Below, piece after piece: positions 42,860-58,115 of a stretch of DNA of 64,000 nucleotides (its first letter is position 1; each line of letters opens with the position of its first letter). The notes below the pieces were generated by a model. That model had not been told where the DNA came from. It saw nothing but the letters and a program-made list of their open reading frames with translations, and searched no databases. Source of the DNA: Octopus vulgaris (Eukaryota); contig OX597827.1 in assembly GCA_951406725.2 (NCBI GenBank), forward strand, positions 13,578,001-13,642,000, in the 5' to 3' direction. A program made the position numbers and the translations under genes.

Positions 42860-43248
42860 TTGTTGATGCTGTTGCTGTTGAGCGAACAGTCTTCATCCCA
42901 GAGCTCGCAAGATGGGAGAAGTCCGAAACGTGGTCCTTTGCTACTCGTAAGACCCGCAGAAGATGCAGAAGAGAAAGCAGGTCAACCACCCCCCGACACC
43001 GCGAGCATCGACGGATCGATGAATGTGCATCCAGGCTCAGCGGTTGCGTAGGAAGTCGGGGACAAGAAACAGGAAAGAAAGAGTGAGAGAATGTTGGGGC
43101 GAAAGAGTACAACAGGGGTCGCCACCACCCCCTGTCGGAGCCTCGTGGAGCTTTAGGTGTTTTCGCTCAATAAACACACACAACGCCCGGTCTGGGAATC
43201 AAAACCGCGAGTCCGCTGCCCTAACCATTGGGCTATTGCGCCTCCACT
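42860..43248 (-). mobile_element. Head A SINE with a third tail type (tail Y)
   Basis: Head as 23374; different 3' half ending in a (CAA/CAG)-rich run; TSD tgttgat(g/a)cta at 42849 and 43249. Confidence 0.85.
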
Positions 43249-43719
43249 TGTTGATACTACTGGTCATGGTGGTGATAGCATTTTAGGTTTTATTTGTTGT
43301 TAGTCCCAGGACTGACCCAGAAGTAAATAATAACCATAAAAACAACAGTATCAGAAACTGAAGTGGGAGCTTCTAGATGGTTATTCAGTCTGCTAGATAT
43401 AGCAGACGAATTGCTCTCAAATCAAAACTTGCGATCATGAAAGTAAGGTGGGATACACAGGATACGGTAGTGTTGGCTAAAAATATAGATGGGATGGTCA
43501 CAACTGTAATATCTTGGAACTACAATCTGCTTCATCAAGGTTGAAATTGGAAAATGAAAAATAGAAGGCAGAGCAGGAGGAAGAAAGAGGGGGAGAGAGG
43601 GAGGGAGAGAAAGTGAAAGAAATTTTCAGAAAGGGTTATGTTAGAAGGAGAGCAAGGAGAGCAATAGGTGGGTTGGGTAAGTAATATGCTGAACAAGAAA
43701 AATTTAAAGGAAAGGTACT

Positions 43720-44257
43720 ATATATATATGTGTATATATATGTATATATATATATGTGTGTGTGAGTGTGTATGCATACATATATATATATGTTCATATA
43801 TATTTATATATATATGTATATATATATATATCAATGTATGCATGTATGTATATATATATATGTGTGTATGTATATGCTTACATACATATACATATATATA
43901 TATACATACACATATATATAAATAAATATATATATATACACATATATATAGACATGCATTTATATATACCTCTGTGTGTGTGCATATATATGTATAAATA
44001 GATATGCATGTGTGTGTGAGCATTCATATGCATACATATACATTCATATATATTTTTATATGCATGTTTATATACAATGGATATATATACATATAAATAT
44101 ATACATATATATATATACATACACACACATAAGGATATTCATAAATATAGGTATATATGTATATACATGGAAATATATAAGTGTACATTTATGTGTGTAT
44201 ATATATATTCATATAAACACACACACACACAAATAGCCACACATACAGACACACACA

Positions 44258-44299
<42 letters not shown>

Positions 44300-45688
44300 T
44301 ATATACATATATATATATATATAATCACACACCCATAAACGCGCGTGCACACACACACACATATATATATGTGTGTGTACATACACATATATGTATGAAT
44401 ATTTTATATGTGTGAGTGACTGTGTGTGCGTTTAATATACATACATACATACAGACAGACATATAGGGAGGGAGTATGATAAAGAAGGCAGGTGAAACCT
44501 ACAATAAAACGAAGTGCGGAGACGTAGAGATGTAGAGAGAATGACAGGAGCATTGAAGAGAGAGTGAGAGAGAGAGATGCTCCAAAGGAGAAATGAATTA
44601 CAGTAGACAAAGTTTAATACTGGGAAAGTGATGGTGGGAGGAAGTTTATAGAGAGAGTGGGGAGGGGCCTGAATGGTGGTTTGATGAAACACAGTGAAAC
44701 ATTCCGGAAATAGGAGATTAATTAGATATTTCTTTTTGTATTTTTCATAATGCAGAGTTGGGAAATGACATTGTGGCTGGAATTTGGCCCAGAAGTTGTG
44801 GAAAATTTCATTTAAAAGGAGGCAAAACGTTTGTGTATGTTTGGTTTGCATGTGTGAGTGGATGTCGGTGTGTGTGTGTGTGTGTGTGTGTGAGTGTACA
44901 AATGAGTGTGTGTGTGTGTGTTAGTGTATGTGTGTGTTTGTATGTGTGGCTATTTGTGTGTGTGTGTGTGTGTGTGTGAGTGTATGTGTGTGTCTGTATG
45001 TGTGGCTATTTGTGTGTGTGTGTGTGTGTGTGTGAGTGTACAAATAAGTGTGTGTACGTGTGTCTGAGTGAAACGAATGAGTGAGTGTATGTGTGTGTTA
45101 GTGTATGTGTGTGTTAGTGTATGTGTGTGTTTGTATGTGTGGCTACTTTGTGTGTGTGTGTGTGTGTGTGTGTGAGTGTATGTGTGTGTCTGTATGTGTG
45201 GCTACTTGTGTGTGTGTGTGTGAGGTGTACAAATGAGTGTGTGTATGTGCGTCAGTGTATGTGTGTGTCTGTATGTGTGGCTATTTGTGTGTGTGTGAGT
45301 GTACAAATAAGTGTGTGTACGTGTGTGTGAGTGTACGAATGAGTGTGTGTGTATGTGTGTGTGAGTGTATGTGTGTGTCTGTATGTGTGGCTATTTGTGT
45401 GTGTGTGTGTGTTTTGCTATATGTGGCTGTATGTGTTCACATATATTTGGAGGAATGTCACTATATACTGGATTTTATGTGCACAGGTTGTGTTTATATG
45501 AATATATTCATATAGACATATGTGCATACATATACTGACACACACACACAGACATATGTGTGTGTGTAGGTACATGTGTGTGTATGTGTGTGTGTATGTG
45601 AATTTTTATGCATGTAAGTCTGAATGAATCAATTATACCTTTATATATGTACATCTATATCTATCTAACAATGACATATATATATATG

Positions 45689-45735
<47 letters not shown>

Positions 45736-45835
45736 CGCACATATCTAAATATATGTCTGTGCATATATATATATATATTTATATATATATATGTATATAT
45801 ATGTATATATGTATAAATGTATGTATCTATGTATG

Positions 45836-45875
<40 letters not shown>
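43720..45875. repeat. Compound (TA)n and (GT)n-derived minisatellite tracts
   Basis: Direct inspection; recurring gtatgtgtggctatttgtgtg units at 44870-45410. Confidence 0.85.
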
Positions 45876-45879
<4 letters not shown>

Positions 45880-46109
45880 CACACAAAATGTACATATACG
45901 AACATATTTGCACATAATGTCGTTTGATTTTTGCCATGTGAATGTTTGCATTAAACCATGTGTAGCTAAAAGTACTTGTTTGTATCTACATGTGTTTCCA
46001 CATGTCCATGCATGAGTATATGAACCAATGTGTGTGTGTGTGTGTGCGTGTGTGTGTGAATGTAAATATGTGTGTATGAATGTATGTATGTATGTATGTG
46101 TGTACACTA

Positions 46110-46345
46110 GATCATGATTCAAATTCCTGGACCTGTACCTGGCGGGGCATTGTGTTCTTGAGCAAAACACTTCACTCTGTGTTGCTCTGCAATCTCTTTG
46201 ACACCTGACACATGATAAATGTTGCACCTGTTCACACAACATTGATTTGATGGAGAGAGTGAGTGATCTAACGTGCAGTATAAACATTTGATCACTATAG
46301 ACAAATCATTTGTGCAGGTCATTCAGCAAAAAGCTGAATACTCAT
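46110..46345 (+). mobile_element. Old head B/CORE SINE with another tail
   Basis: ttgtgttcttgagcaaaacacttcac followed by a tail not matching the others. Confidence 0.55.
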
Positions 46346-46419
46346 ACATTATCATCAATGGGTGAATCCATTGCCATATAACACACACACACATATATAT
46401 ATATATGTATATATATATA

Positions 46420-46820
46420 GGCGCAGGAGTGGCTGTGTGGTAAGTAGCTTGTTTACCAACCACATGGTTCCGGGTTCAGCCCCACTGCGTGGCACCTTGG
46501 GCAAGTGTCTTCTACTATAGCCTTGGACCAACCAAAGCCTTGTGAGTAGATTTGGTAGATGGAAACTGAAAGAAGCCCGTCGTATATATGTATATATATG
46601 TATATGTGTGTGTATGAGTTTGTATGTCTGTGTTTGTCCCCCTAGCATTGCTTGACAACCGATGCTGGTGTGTTTATGTCCCTGTCACTTAGCGGTTCGG
46701 CAAAGAGACCGATAGAATAAGTACTAGGCTTACAAAGAATAAGTCTCGGGGTCGAGTTGCTCGACTAAAGGCGGTGCTCCAGCATGATCACAGTCAAAAT
46801 GACTGAAACAAGTAAAAGAG
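46420..46820 (+). mobile_element. Major CORE-type SINE, full length
   Basis: Family consensus. Confidence 0.95.
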
Positions 46821-47347
46821 TATATATATATATATGGCTGGGTGGTTAAGAAACATTCTTTGTAACCACCTGCTTTCAAGTTCAATTATACTGCAAGACA
46901 CTTTTGGTAAATGTCTCCTACTATAGCTCCAGATTGACCGTTGCCTTAGTGGTGAATTAAGGATGTAAAAACTGTGTGGAAGCCTGTCATATAAGTATGT
47001 GTGTGTGTGTGTGTGTAAATGAAGATATTGCCTTCGTTTTGCTGCTTTTCTTTCTACAAATGAGAAGATACATTGTGGAACTGTTATTTTAATATGAGTT
47101 GTATTTATTTACCACTTGATGTGACACATCTGCACCATCGTGTCCACCTGAACAACATTGAAGGATCGATGCTATATGTCGTCAAAGAAATATATAGGAT
47201 TAATAAAAATTCACATACATTCCATCTTCCATCTTTCATTTGACATATATGTAAATATATATATATATACATTATCTGAAATGTACAGTATTATATATAC
47301 ATCACAGATGGATATATATATAGATCCATACATATATATATATATAT

Positions 47348-47647
47348 ATCACTGTGATCACCATGACCGACCAGGCTATCAGATGTTGCTACACATCGCT
47401 GTTCACAATGCGCTGCGTATTGTTTTAGCCTTCAAATGATGCCACCCTACTGGCTAAGCGAGCAGGCCAACAGAAGAAAGAGAGAGAGAAAGAGTGGTGA
47501 AAGAGTACAGCAGGGATCACCACCCCCTGCAGGAGCTGCGTGGAGCTTTAGGTGTTTTCACTCAATAAACATTCACAACGCCCGGTCTGGGAATCGAAAC
47601 CGCAATCCTACAACCACGAGTCCGCTGCCCTAACCACTGGGCCATTA
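47348..47647 (-). mobile_element. Head A SINE with tail Z (sister copy 61169-61433)
   Basis: Head as 23374; tail ...gcattgtgaacagcgatgtgtagcaacatctgatagcctggtcggtca; in (TA)n. Confidence 0.85.
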
Positions 47648-47966
47648 TATATATATATAAATACTAGCAGAAAGATTGCCTTCTGGGTGGTTTTCTGCTA
47701 ACCGCTTGATAATATTTTCACATTTGATCCCAATTTCTAATAAGTTTTATACTTTAGGTCTAATTATTTCTTTGTATAATAGTGCTCACTTGCTTAGCAA
47801 ATATTGCTTTCATTATTTTATCACAGTCATAATCTCTCTTTTTTAAACAAACATCACAGTAGTCCAACAAGAGAGGGAGAAGCAGTTTGTCAAGTTTTAC
47901 CTTCCCCTCAAAGCAACATAGAGATTTCAATTCAGCAGCCCATCTGTAAGCTTTGCAGTGTGTGCA

Positions 47967-48020
<54 letters not shown>

Positions 48021-48373
48021 CATTGCAAAGAATGAATGAAATAAACATGAAGTCAAATAATTGTATAAATAAAAGGGCTTTACTATAGATGTATATGCCC
48101 CGACATTGTTGCTTCATAATATCCAGAAAAATTGATACTTTTTAAAAATACTTTTTACAAATACTGCTTGATGTTGCAGCTTCAGAGTATATAGGGATTT
48201 ATAGGAAAGCAATTTTGTGAGAAGTCGGAGAGAGGAGTTTCGGAAAATTCACATGATCTCACTTTTTCACTCATAACTTTCAAGAAGGTGGGTATCTTTT
48301 AATGAGACCCACCTTCCTGAAATCTCTCTTTTGGTTAAAAGCTAATCCACTAGTGCAAAGCAGTCAGACTTAA

Positions 48374-48679
48374 TCTTTATATATAAAACTGTAGTTGTTT
48401 GAGTGTCTGTCCCCTTCGATTTAGATTCCTAACTACTCCCACATTTTGCGGTGCAGTTTATCCAAAACCGGGTATCTTATAGTCGTGATTCATATCAAGC
48501 CCTTCTGGGTATTAGCACACATCTACGATGAGTCTTCGATTTGAAAAAAAATTTACCATCATTTTTCCGCATTTTTAATCCATTTTTCACTCGGTTTTAT
48601 ATAAGGGAAGTAACTCTCTAAAAATGCTTATATAGTTATTTCCCTTACAAACCCGAGCAACGCCAGGCGATACTGCTAG
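48374..48679 (+). mobile_element. Non-autonomous Helitron (internally deleted relative of 10020-10532)
   Basis: A|TC start, cccgagcaacgccagg hairpin, CTAG|T end. Confidence 0.85.
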
Positions 48680-49094
48680 TTATATATAAAGCTACGGCTT
48701 TATTAAGTTCGTTCAGAGTTGCCTCTCTTAGGGACATCTCATTGACAAGAGTCAAAAAACTCAAAACATCGATGTCTGGGATTCCTAATACTGAACGAAC
48801 CAGAAGTTTGCACACCTTTTTACAATAAGGGAGGTTTCAATCTCCACAGTAACTGCAGTGTATTTGCCTTTTAACAGTTGAAATATAAGACAAACATATT
48901 TCGACTTACCTAATTCTGCTTATACTTACACACTGCTTTGCACAGGATTTATATAAATCAGGCAAGGAAAGAAAGATGGTTTAATGTTTCTAGCAATGCT
49001 CTTCTTCAGAAGCAGAGGAAAGTCCAAAAGAAAGGAAGACGGAAGAAAATTGCCAATGATTCACATGTGGTTATATTTTGAAATATATATAATA

Positions 49095-49490
49095 CTAGCA
49101 GTATCGCCCGGCGTTGTTTGGGTTTGTAAGGGAAAGAACTATATAAGCATTTTAAGAGAGTTTTAGCCAAAAAATAGCAAAAAAATGCATTAAAAATGGA
49201 AAAAAAATTATGGTAAATTTATTTTAAATCATTGACTCATCGTAGACATTTTTAGAGAGTTACTTCCCTTATAATAGTGAAAAAAATGCATTGAAATGGA
49301 AAAAAATGATGGTAAATTATTTTTAAAATCGTAGACTCATCGTAGGCACGCGCTAATACCCAGAAGGGCTCGATATGAATCACGACTATAAGATACCCGC
49401 TTTTGGTTAAACTGCACCGCAAAATGTGGGAATAGTTAGGAATCTAAATCGGAGTAGACAGACACACAACCTTACTTTTATATATAAAGA
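49095..49490 (-). mobile_element. Non-autonomous Helitron, same family
   Basis: Minus A|TC start at 49490, CTAG|T end at 49095; internal duplication. Confidence 0.85.
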
Positions 49491-49527
49491 TATATAGTGA
49501 GAATTTACAAAAAAAAAAGACTAAAAA

Positions 49528-49698
49528 GGCGCAGGAGTGGCTGTGTGGTAAGTAGCTTGCTTTCGAACCACATGGTTCCGGGTTCAGTCCCACTGCATGG
49601 CATCTTGGGAAAGTGTCTACTGCTATAGCCTCGGGCTGACCAATGCCTTGTGAGTGGATTCGGTAGACGGAAACTGAAAGAAGCCTGTCGTATATATG

Positions 49699-49729
<31 letters not shown>

Positions 49730-49958
49730 ATATGTTTGTGTGTATATGTTTGTGTGTTTGTGTTTGTCCCCCTAGCATTGCTTGACAACCAAGTCTGGTG
49801 TGTTTACGTCCCCGTCACTTAGCGGTTCGGCAAAAGAGACCGATAGAATAAGTACTGGGCTTACAAAGAATAAGTCCCGGGGTCGATTTGCTCGACTATA
49901 GGCGGTGTTCCAGCATGGCCGCAGTCAAATGACTGAAACAAGTAAAAGAGTAAAAGAA
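49528..49958 (+). mobile_element. Major CORE-type SINE, full length
   Basis: Family consensus. Confidence 0.95.
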
Positions 49959-50241
49959 TATGGGTGTATAAATATCATCCCTCCTTAAGGGCAGCGGGCT
50001 GGCAGAATTTTTAGCATGCTAAGAAAACAACAAACAGATGTATTAGTTTAATGCTCAGGAAGTGAGAAAGTCTTTTTATGTTTTGAGCCTATGCTCTTTG
50101 ACGGAAAGGAACACAGAAATAAACAGGGAGAAAATAGAAATAGGTATAGTGGCTAGCAATCTATCATGGCGAATGCCAGACATATGTATATATGTATGTA
50201 TACATATTAACAGAAGTGTACAGTATTATATATATCCATTA

Positions 50242-50334
50242 TGGCTGATCTTACCAATCAGTTTCACATTAGGGATTCCATGGAGTATTAAGTTACAGTC
50301 TGATCATGTAACCTGCGCTCATCAGAGGTAGCCA
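50242..50334 (-). ncRNA. Type I hammerhead with enlarged stem II, partly decayed
   Basis: tggctacct-CTGATGA-gcg..ggttaca/tgtaact..tgt-GAAA-ctgattgg-TA-agatcagcca; core intact; stem III consistent with a CpG-decayed ccgatcgg palindrome. Confidence 0.65.
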
Positions 50335-50717
50335 TTATGGAATGAATTGTGTACGTCTGTGTGTGTGTGAGAGAGAGAGAGAGCATGTGTATGTGTGTGT
50401 GGGTGTATGTGCATGTATGTGTATGTGCATACATATATATATATTTACACATACACACTCACATATGCATATATATATACGTGTGTGTGTGTGTGTATGC
50501 TGGTGTATGCGTGTACACATGTATGACTGTATCATTGTGTGAACCACTCTGCACTGTGTGTTTGCATACATCGTTAAAGTAATGTATTTTAACACTAAGT
50601 GAAAAACATTTAACAAACAAAATATTTATAGACAAACTTTTTTGTTTTCCTAAAATATATAATTCTCACAACCCACTACAGCTGCAGCAACTCCAAAAAT
50701 CACTTCAAATATCATCA

Positions 50718-52034
<1,317 letters not shown>

Positions 52035-52601
52035 GTTAGTATCACACCCAATAATAGGCTAGCACCAACACTGCTACAGTTACCAACACCGTCACCACCT
52101 CTACACTAATACCAACACAATCCTACATCACTACTACCACTGCCAATGCCACCACCATCACTACCAATCACACCACCTCTATCATCACTGCCACCATCAC
52201 CACCAACACCACAATCACCACCACTACCACCACAACCACTGCTACTGCTGCCTCCTCCACCACTGCTACCACCACCACTGCTACCACCTCCACTGCTATC
52301 ACCACCACTGTTATCACCACCACCACTATTACCAACACCATTTATACCCAATACATTGAGCCAATCAAGATACATCAACACAGTCACACAACCTGCTAGA
52401 AATAGTAACACAATTTCCCTCATATCACATTAAGTCATCTTAAAGGAAAAAGGACATGTTCAATATAGATGTAACTTTTGAAGTAGGGAGCCTGGAAATA
52501 TTTGTGGGAGAGTCACAGTTGGTGTGCTTTTGACCATGGACCTGTTCAGTTAGGGTTAGCCTTCAGTTAAACAACAACACCAGCAATATCATCCCTCCTT
52601 A

Positions 52602-52832
52602 AGGGCAGCGAGCTGGCAGAATTGTTAGCATGCTGAGCAAAATGCTTAGCAGTATTTCATCTGCCGTTATGTTTTGAGTTCAAATTCTGCTGAGGTCAAC
52701 TTTGCCTTTCAATCTTTCGGGGGCAATAAATTAAGTACCAGATACACACTGGGGTCGATGTAATCGACTTAATCCCTTTGTGTGTCATTGTTTGTCCCCT
52801 CTATGTTTAGCCCCCTGTGGGCAATAAAGAAA
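52602..52832 (+). mobile_element. Meta-domain-type SINE
   Basis: ggcagcgagctggcagaa...gagttcaaattc..gaggtcaactttgcctttc...gggcaataaagaaata. Confidence 0.85.
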
Positions 52833-52879
52833 TATATATCATCTCTCCTTAGTCACCATCTTGCCTTTGACCATCAACA

Positions 52880-53460
52880 CCACTACCATTTCAACACCTA
52901 CCACTCTACACCACCTTTACCATCGCCACCACCTGCCTCCACTATCACCACCACCTATCTCCACCAACACCACCACATTCTTCCACCACCTACCTCTACC
53001 ATCACCACTATCTACTCTCACCATTACCACCACCTTCCTCCACCATCGCCACCACATTCCTCCTCCATCATCGCCACCGTGTTCCTCCACCATCACCACC
53101 ATGTTCTTTCACCATCACCAGCACCTACTCTCACCATTACCACCACCTTCCTCCACGACCACCACCACCACCACCTACTCCCACCATCATTACCACAAAC
53201 TTCTCCCACCACAACCACCTACTCTCACACCATTAGAACCCCCTTCCCTTTCCCCACCATCATCACCACCCACTCACAACGTAACCACCACCCCACCGCT
53301 TACTCCTCCCACTGCAAACCAACTACTCCCAACATCAGCACCACTTTCTCCCACCACTCTCACCTTTGCCACAACCAACATCTTACCATTCACCCCCCAC
53401 AACCACTACCACCACTACTACCACCACCACCACTACCGCCACCACTACCATCACCATCAC
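52880..53460. repeat. C/A-rich low-complexity (CAC-derived) tract; similar at 52130-52330
   Basis: Direct inspection. Confidence 0.85.
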
Positions 53461-53865
53461 CGTTCCCAAACTAATTAGATTGCTCTCTTCGTGTTTCTAT
53501 TTTCAAACAGCTCAACCAAGTTTCCCTTGTAAAAATAAAGTGCACAGTTTAAAATAAAACTATTCCACAATCAACAATATTTGTTTTTTAAGGATTAAAT
53601 CACTCCATTTTTCATTCACACTTTCTCACAGTTGTTCTTTTTACATTTTTTTTCTCTCTTTCAGTCATCCCCCCCTCTCTCTCTCTTTTTCTCTCTTGAC
53701 TTTCAGTCACACTTTTCACATAGATGCACACATTTTCGTAAGCATCATATATAACTTGCGTATACATATATTAAACATCATATACAGATATGAATATTTT
53801 CAGATCTATATTTCTCACCATATTTACATACAAATACATTCACACACACACAGACACACACACAC

Positions 53866-53907
<42 letters not shown>

Positions 53908-55430
53908 TCATCATCGTTTAACGTCCGTTTTATATATATATATATATATATACATGTACATGTGTGTGTGTGTGTGTGTGTGAACATATTTGTATGTAAA
54001 TATGGTAAGAAATATAGATCTGAAAATATTCATATCTGTATATGATGTTTAATATATGTATACACATATATATATATATATCATCATCATTGTTTAACGT
54101 CCGTTTTATATATATATATATACACACACACACATATATATATATATACACACAAACACACACACACATACACACACATATATATATATATATAATATAT
54201 ATACATATACACACACAGACACACACACACACACACACTCACACACAGATAGACACCTTTATGTGCATATTATATATACATACATAATATATGTCTATGT
54301 GAGTGTTTATAATCATATGAATATTTGTATTATAATATGTGTACAGTCATACATAATATACCAAATTTATCTTTGAAGCAGAGAGAAACGTAAAAGAAAG
54401 TAGCTGACAAGATCTGTTTTTCTAAGCAAAAACCACCAAACACACCTACACATACATACACACATGTATTGACACTGGCATGTACACACCATATGAACAC
54501 ACATGCACCCACATATTTCCTCTGTGTTGCAGTAAACTCCATCACTCATTAATACAACAGCTGCAGTTTCAGCTTGCCTGAGCAATTGTTTCAAAAACAT
54601 GAACGAAAAATTTCAATACTTTGAAATCTTTTTTTATTATTATATCTTGGATTTATAACAAGCACCGTGTTTTGGACGTGGTTTGGGAATTTTTTGGGTT
54701 ATTTAGAACAATAAGTTCTCAGTGAATGAAGTGTCTTCATAAAATCATCCAATACCCTTGGGAAAGGCATGAATTCTATAAGATCATGTTTTTTAAATTT
54801 TTGTAAGTTCAATATCTTACTACATTTTAAATGTTTGCCTTTTTTTCTTTTTTACATCTAGGGTAGGCAGGGTGTTTTTATGAATTTTTCCAGTTTTTTT
54901 CTTTTTTAATAGAATTTTCATTGCTTTTCTTGTATATTTACATTCGTTAGAATGGATGCCTTTTGTAAATTTTGGATAAATTGCTTTCACAGATGGGTGC
55001 CTTTCTTATTATTAGTCATTCAGCTATGAAGAGTAAACAGAATTTTTTCGTATTTTTATTAGGTTTTTTTTTTCCTTAACGAAGCTGAACCAAGCAAAAT
55101 TATTTAATGTTATTTACCATAACTAGGAACACAATACATTAATGAAAGAGCCCACAAAGGAAATTCCTCTTGGTCAATCAAACCATGAGAAAGAGTTGGC
55201 AGATCCTCAAAACACACTACCGTATTGAAAGATAGACCCAACTGATAGTGTAGCCTTAGATATGCAAATCCAAGAACAATGTTAGGATGGTCACAACTGG
55301 AATACATGGTCTGCTCGATTATAGTTTAAACTGGAGAAAACAACATCAATAGCAACATGTTAGCTATGGTGATGCTCAAATGCTTGATCATGAGTAAGCT
55401 TGGTAGTTTAGCATCCAAGCTTATACAAAT

Positions 55431-55836
55431 ACTCTCTTTTACTCTTTTACTCTTTTACTTGTTTCAGTCATTTGACTGCGGCCATGCTGGAGCACCGCCT
55501 TTAGTCGAGCAAATCGACCCCGGGACTTATTCTTTTGTAAGCCCAGTACTTACTCTATCGGACTCTTTTGCCGAACTGCTAAGTAACGGGGACATAAACA
55601 CACCAGCATCGGTTGAAAAGCAATGCTAGGGGGACAAACACAGACACACAAACACACACACGCATATATATATACATATATACGACGGGCTTCTTTCAGT
55701 TTCCGTCTATCAAAGCCACTCACAAGGCTTTGGTCGGCCAGAGGCTATAGTAGAAGACACTTGCCCAACGTGCCATGCAGTGGGACTGAACCCGGAACCA
55801 TGTGGCTGGTTAGCAAGCTACTTACCACACAGCCAC
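55431..55836 (-). mobile_element. Major CORE-type SINE
   Basis: Family consensus. Confidence 0.93.
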
Positions 55837-55923
55837 AGCAGAAGGAACTAAATCACTGAGAGCTGTCTAAAATGAAGTTAAGACAAATTATAGTGACATT
55901 TAGCCCCCACCCCCAAGAATATA

Positions 55924-56140
55924 TGAGGGGGTACAGAAACGTTACTGGTTTTAAGGGTATCGTGAATGGCTTGGTTGGAGGCCCAACTTTCCAAGTTCTT
56001 TTACAAGGCTTAGAAAAACTGAAGGACGACTGCAATAAATGTGTGGATCTGAGAGGAGAATATGTTGAATGAAATCATGATTATCTGATCCTCCTGTATT
56101 TTCTTTTACCGAAAGCCAGGAACTTTTCAGCACCCCCTCA
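55924..56140 (+). mobile_element. Mariner-derived MITE retaining the transposase C-terminus
   Basis: TIRs tgagggggtac.gaaa / ttttcagcaccccctca; LEKLKDDCNKCVDLRGEYVE* matches the mariner C-terminal motif; further partial copy at ~56469. Confidence 0.85.
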
Positions 56141-56282
56141 TGTGTATGTATGTATGTATGTATGTATGTATGTATGTATGTATGTGTGTGTGTGTGTGTA
56201 TGTATGTGTGTGTGTATGTATGTATGTGTGTGTGTATGTATGTGTGTGTGTATGTATGTGTGTGTGTATGTATGTATGTATG

Positions 56283-56314
<32 letters not shown>

Positions 56315-56599
56315 TGTATGTATGTATGTATGTATGCATGCATTATGTATGTATGTGTGTGTGTGCGTATGTATGCATGTATGTATGTATGTATGTATGT
56401 ATGTATGCATTATGTATGTATGTATGTATGTATGTATGTATGTATGCTTGTATGTAAGTATGTATGTACAAGGGGGCTGCTGGAAAGTTCCTGGCCTTAA
56501 GGGTATCAAGAAAGACCTCGTTGGAGACCCAAATTTTCTAAGAAAATATACTGACTGTATGTTTCTAGTAATTTTTTAAATAATCAAGGATTTGGAGGG

Positions 56600-56928
56600 A
56601 TTTATAATATAATATAATATAATGAAATTATTGTATACAGTGCTCAGGTGCACCACAACTTGTTAAAAGTGTGTATAAAGTACATGCAGTAATGTACAAA
56701 TGTCTGGGAAGCGAACAGTGTATGAGTCAGATACATGCTTGCGTGTGTATGGGGGGGAGGGGAGAAAATCAGGTGTAGTGTTGGCGAATCTCAGGAAGCA
56801 TGGAAGTTTTGAAGGATGCAGTGCTCCGACAACTAGCAACTGATGCCGGCAGTTTGTTCCATGCTTCAGCAACTCTTAGCGTGAAAAATGTTTCCGAAAG
56901 TCATGGGAGCTGTGCTGTTTTCTGACTA
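56600..56928 (-). mobile_element. CR1-type LINE 3' end, same family as 42455-42756
   Basis: Reverse complement encodes RKQHSSHDFRKHFFTLRVAEAWNKLPASVAS. Confidence 0.88.
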
Positions 56929-57409
56929 AAATAACTTTTTGTTTCATTATTAAGATGGTATCAAGAACATAATTAATAAAAGTTTATTATATAAGATCAT
57001 GACAGAAATCTTTAATTTTTCTTTGAAGCATTGTAAAACAGATGGTTTTGTACTAAAGTACTGAGATGTTCTCTGATGGGTTAGTGTAATGAAAATTAAA
57101 TAAGCAAACTCTCGATTTTGTGTAATTTATATTTCTATGCTGTAATGTCTAATTAAGAAATCACCTACTATTTATGATTAATTATATTGTAAAGGCTAAT
57201 TTCACTTTTGAGACATATGTGACTCTAACGTTAATTTAATGGTCTACAAATAGATTTAAGTATGGCTGTGTGTTTCAGAAGTCCCCTTTGCAACTGTACA
57301 GCTTCTTGGTGAAGATTTCGGAGTGTATGTTCAAATCATTTGATCACCACTAAGTGCTTTCTATATTAAAAATCTCTGTTCTCATCTTTTGACTATATTA
57401 TATATGGGT

Positions 57410-57662
57410 ATCATCATCCTCATCATCCTTATCCTCATCATCCTCATCATCATCATCATCATCATCACTCGACGTCCATCGTCCATGCTAGCATGGATCG
57501 GACATCGTGACCAGAGCTGAGAAGCTGGCAAGGCTGCACCAGAATCCAGTCCGATTTGGCATGATTTCTATGACTGGATGCCCTTCCTCATGCCAACCAC
57601 TTTGCAGAGTGTACTGGATGCTTTTATGTGGCACTGTATGTATGTATGTATGTATGTATGAA

Positions 57663-57698
<36 letters not shown>

Positions 57699-57905
57699 TT
57701 TGTTTGTCCTCTACCACAGCTTGACAACTAGTGTTGGCTAGTTTACATCCCCATAGCTTAGCAGTTCAGCAAAAGCGACTGATAGAATAAATAACAGGCT
57801 TATAAAAAGAAAAAGTACTGGGGTTGATTCGTTCAAATAAAAAAAATCTCTTCAATATGGTGCCCCAGCATGGCCACAGGCTAATAACAGAAGCCAATGA
57901 CAGAT
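57410..57905. mobile_element. Old RTE-tail copy (- 57410-57635) and old CORE-SINE 3' half (+ 57690-57905)
   Basis: ggatgcccttcct..gccaaccac; gtgccccagcatggccacag. Confidence 0.65.
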
Positions 57906-58115
57906 AAACCATAAGAACACTGTTTGCTACATAATATGGCTGTTGCAAACAGGAAGTATTTATTTAAGGATTGCACCAAAATATTCCACTCCTAGCAAAT
58001 CAATAAAACAGAAGTAAATGTATTTTTAAAATAGAAAATAATTCTAACTAATTTTGCTTGTATGATCTTTTGAACTAAATAGCACCAACAAGAATTTATT
58101 ACTTTGCCCATTTAA

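Noticed and set aside
42753-43286. ORFs of 67-119 aa with normal-looking composition
   Set aside because: Lie within a TSD-flanked SINE
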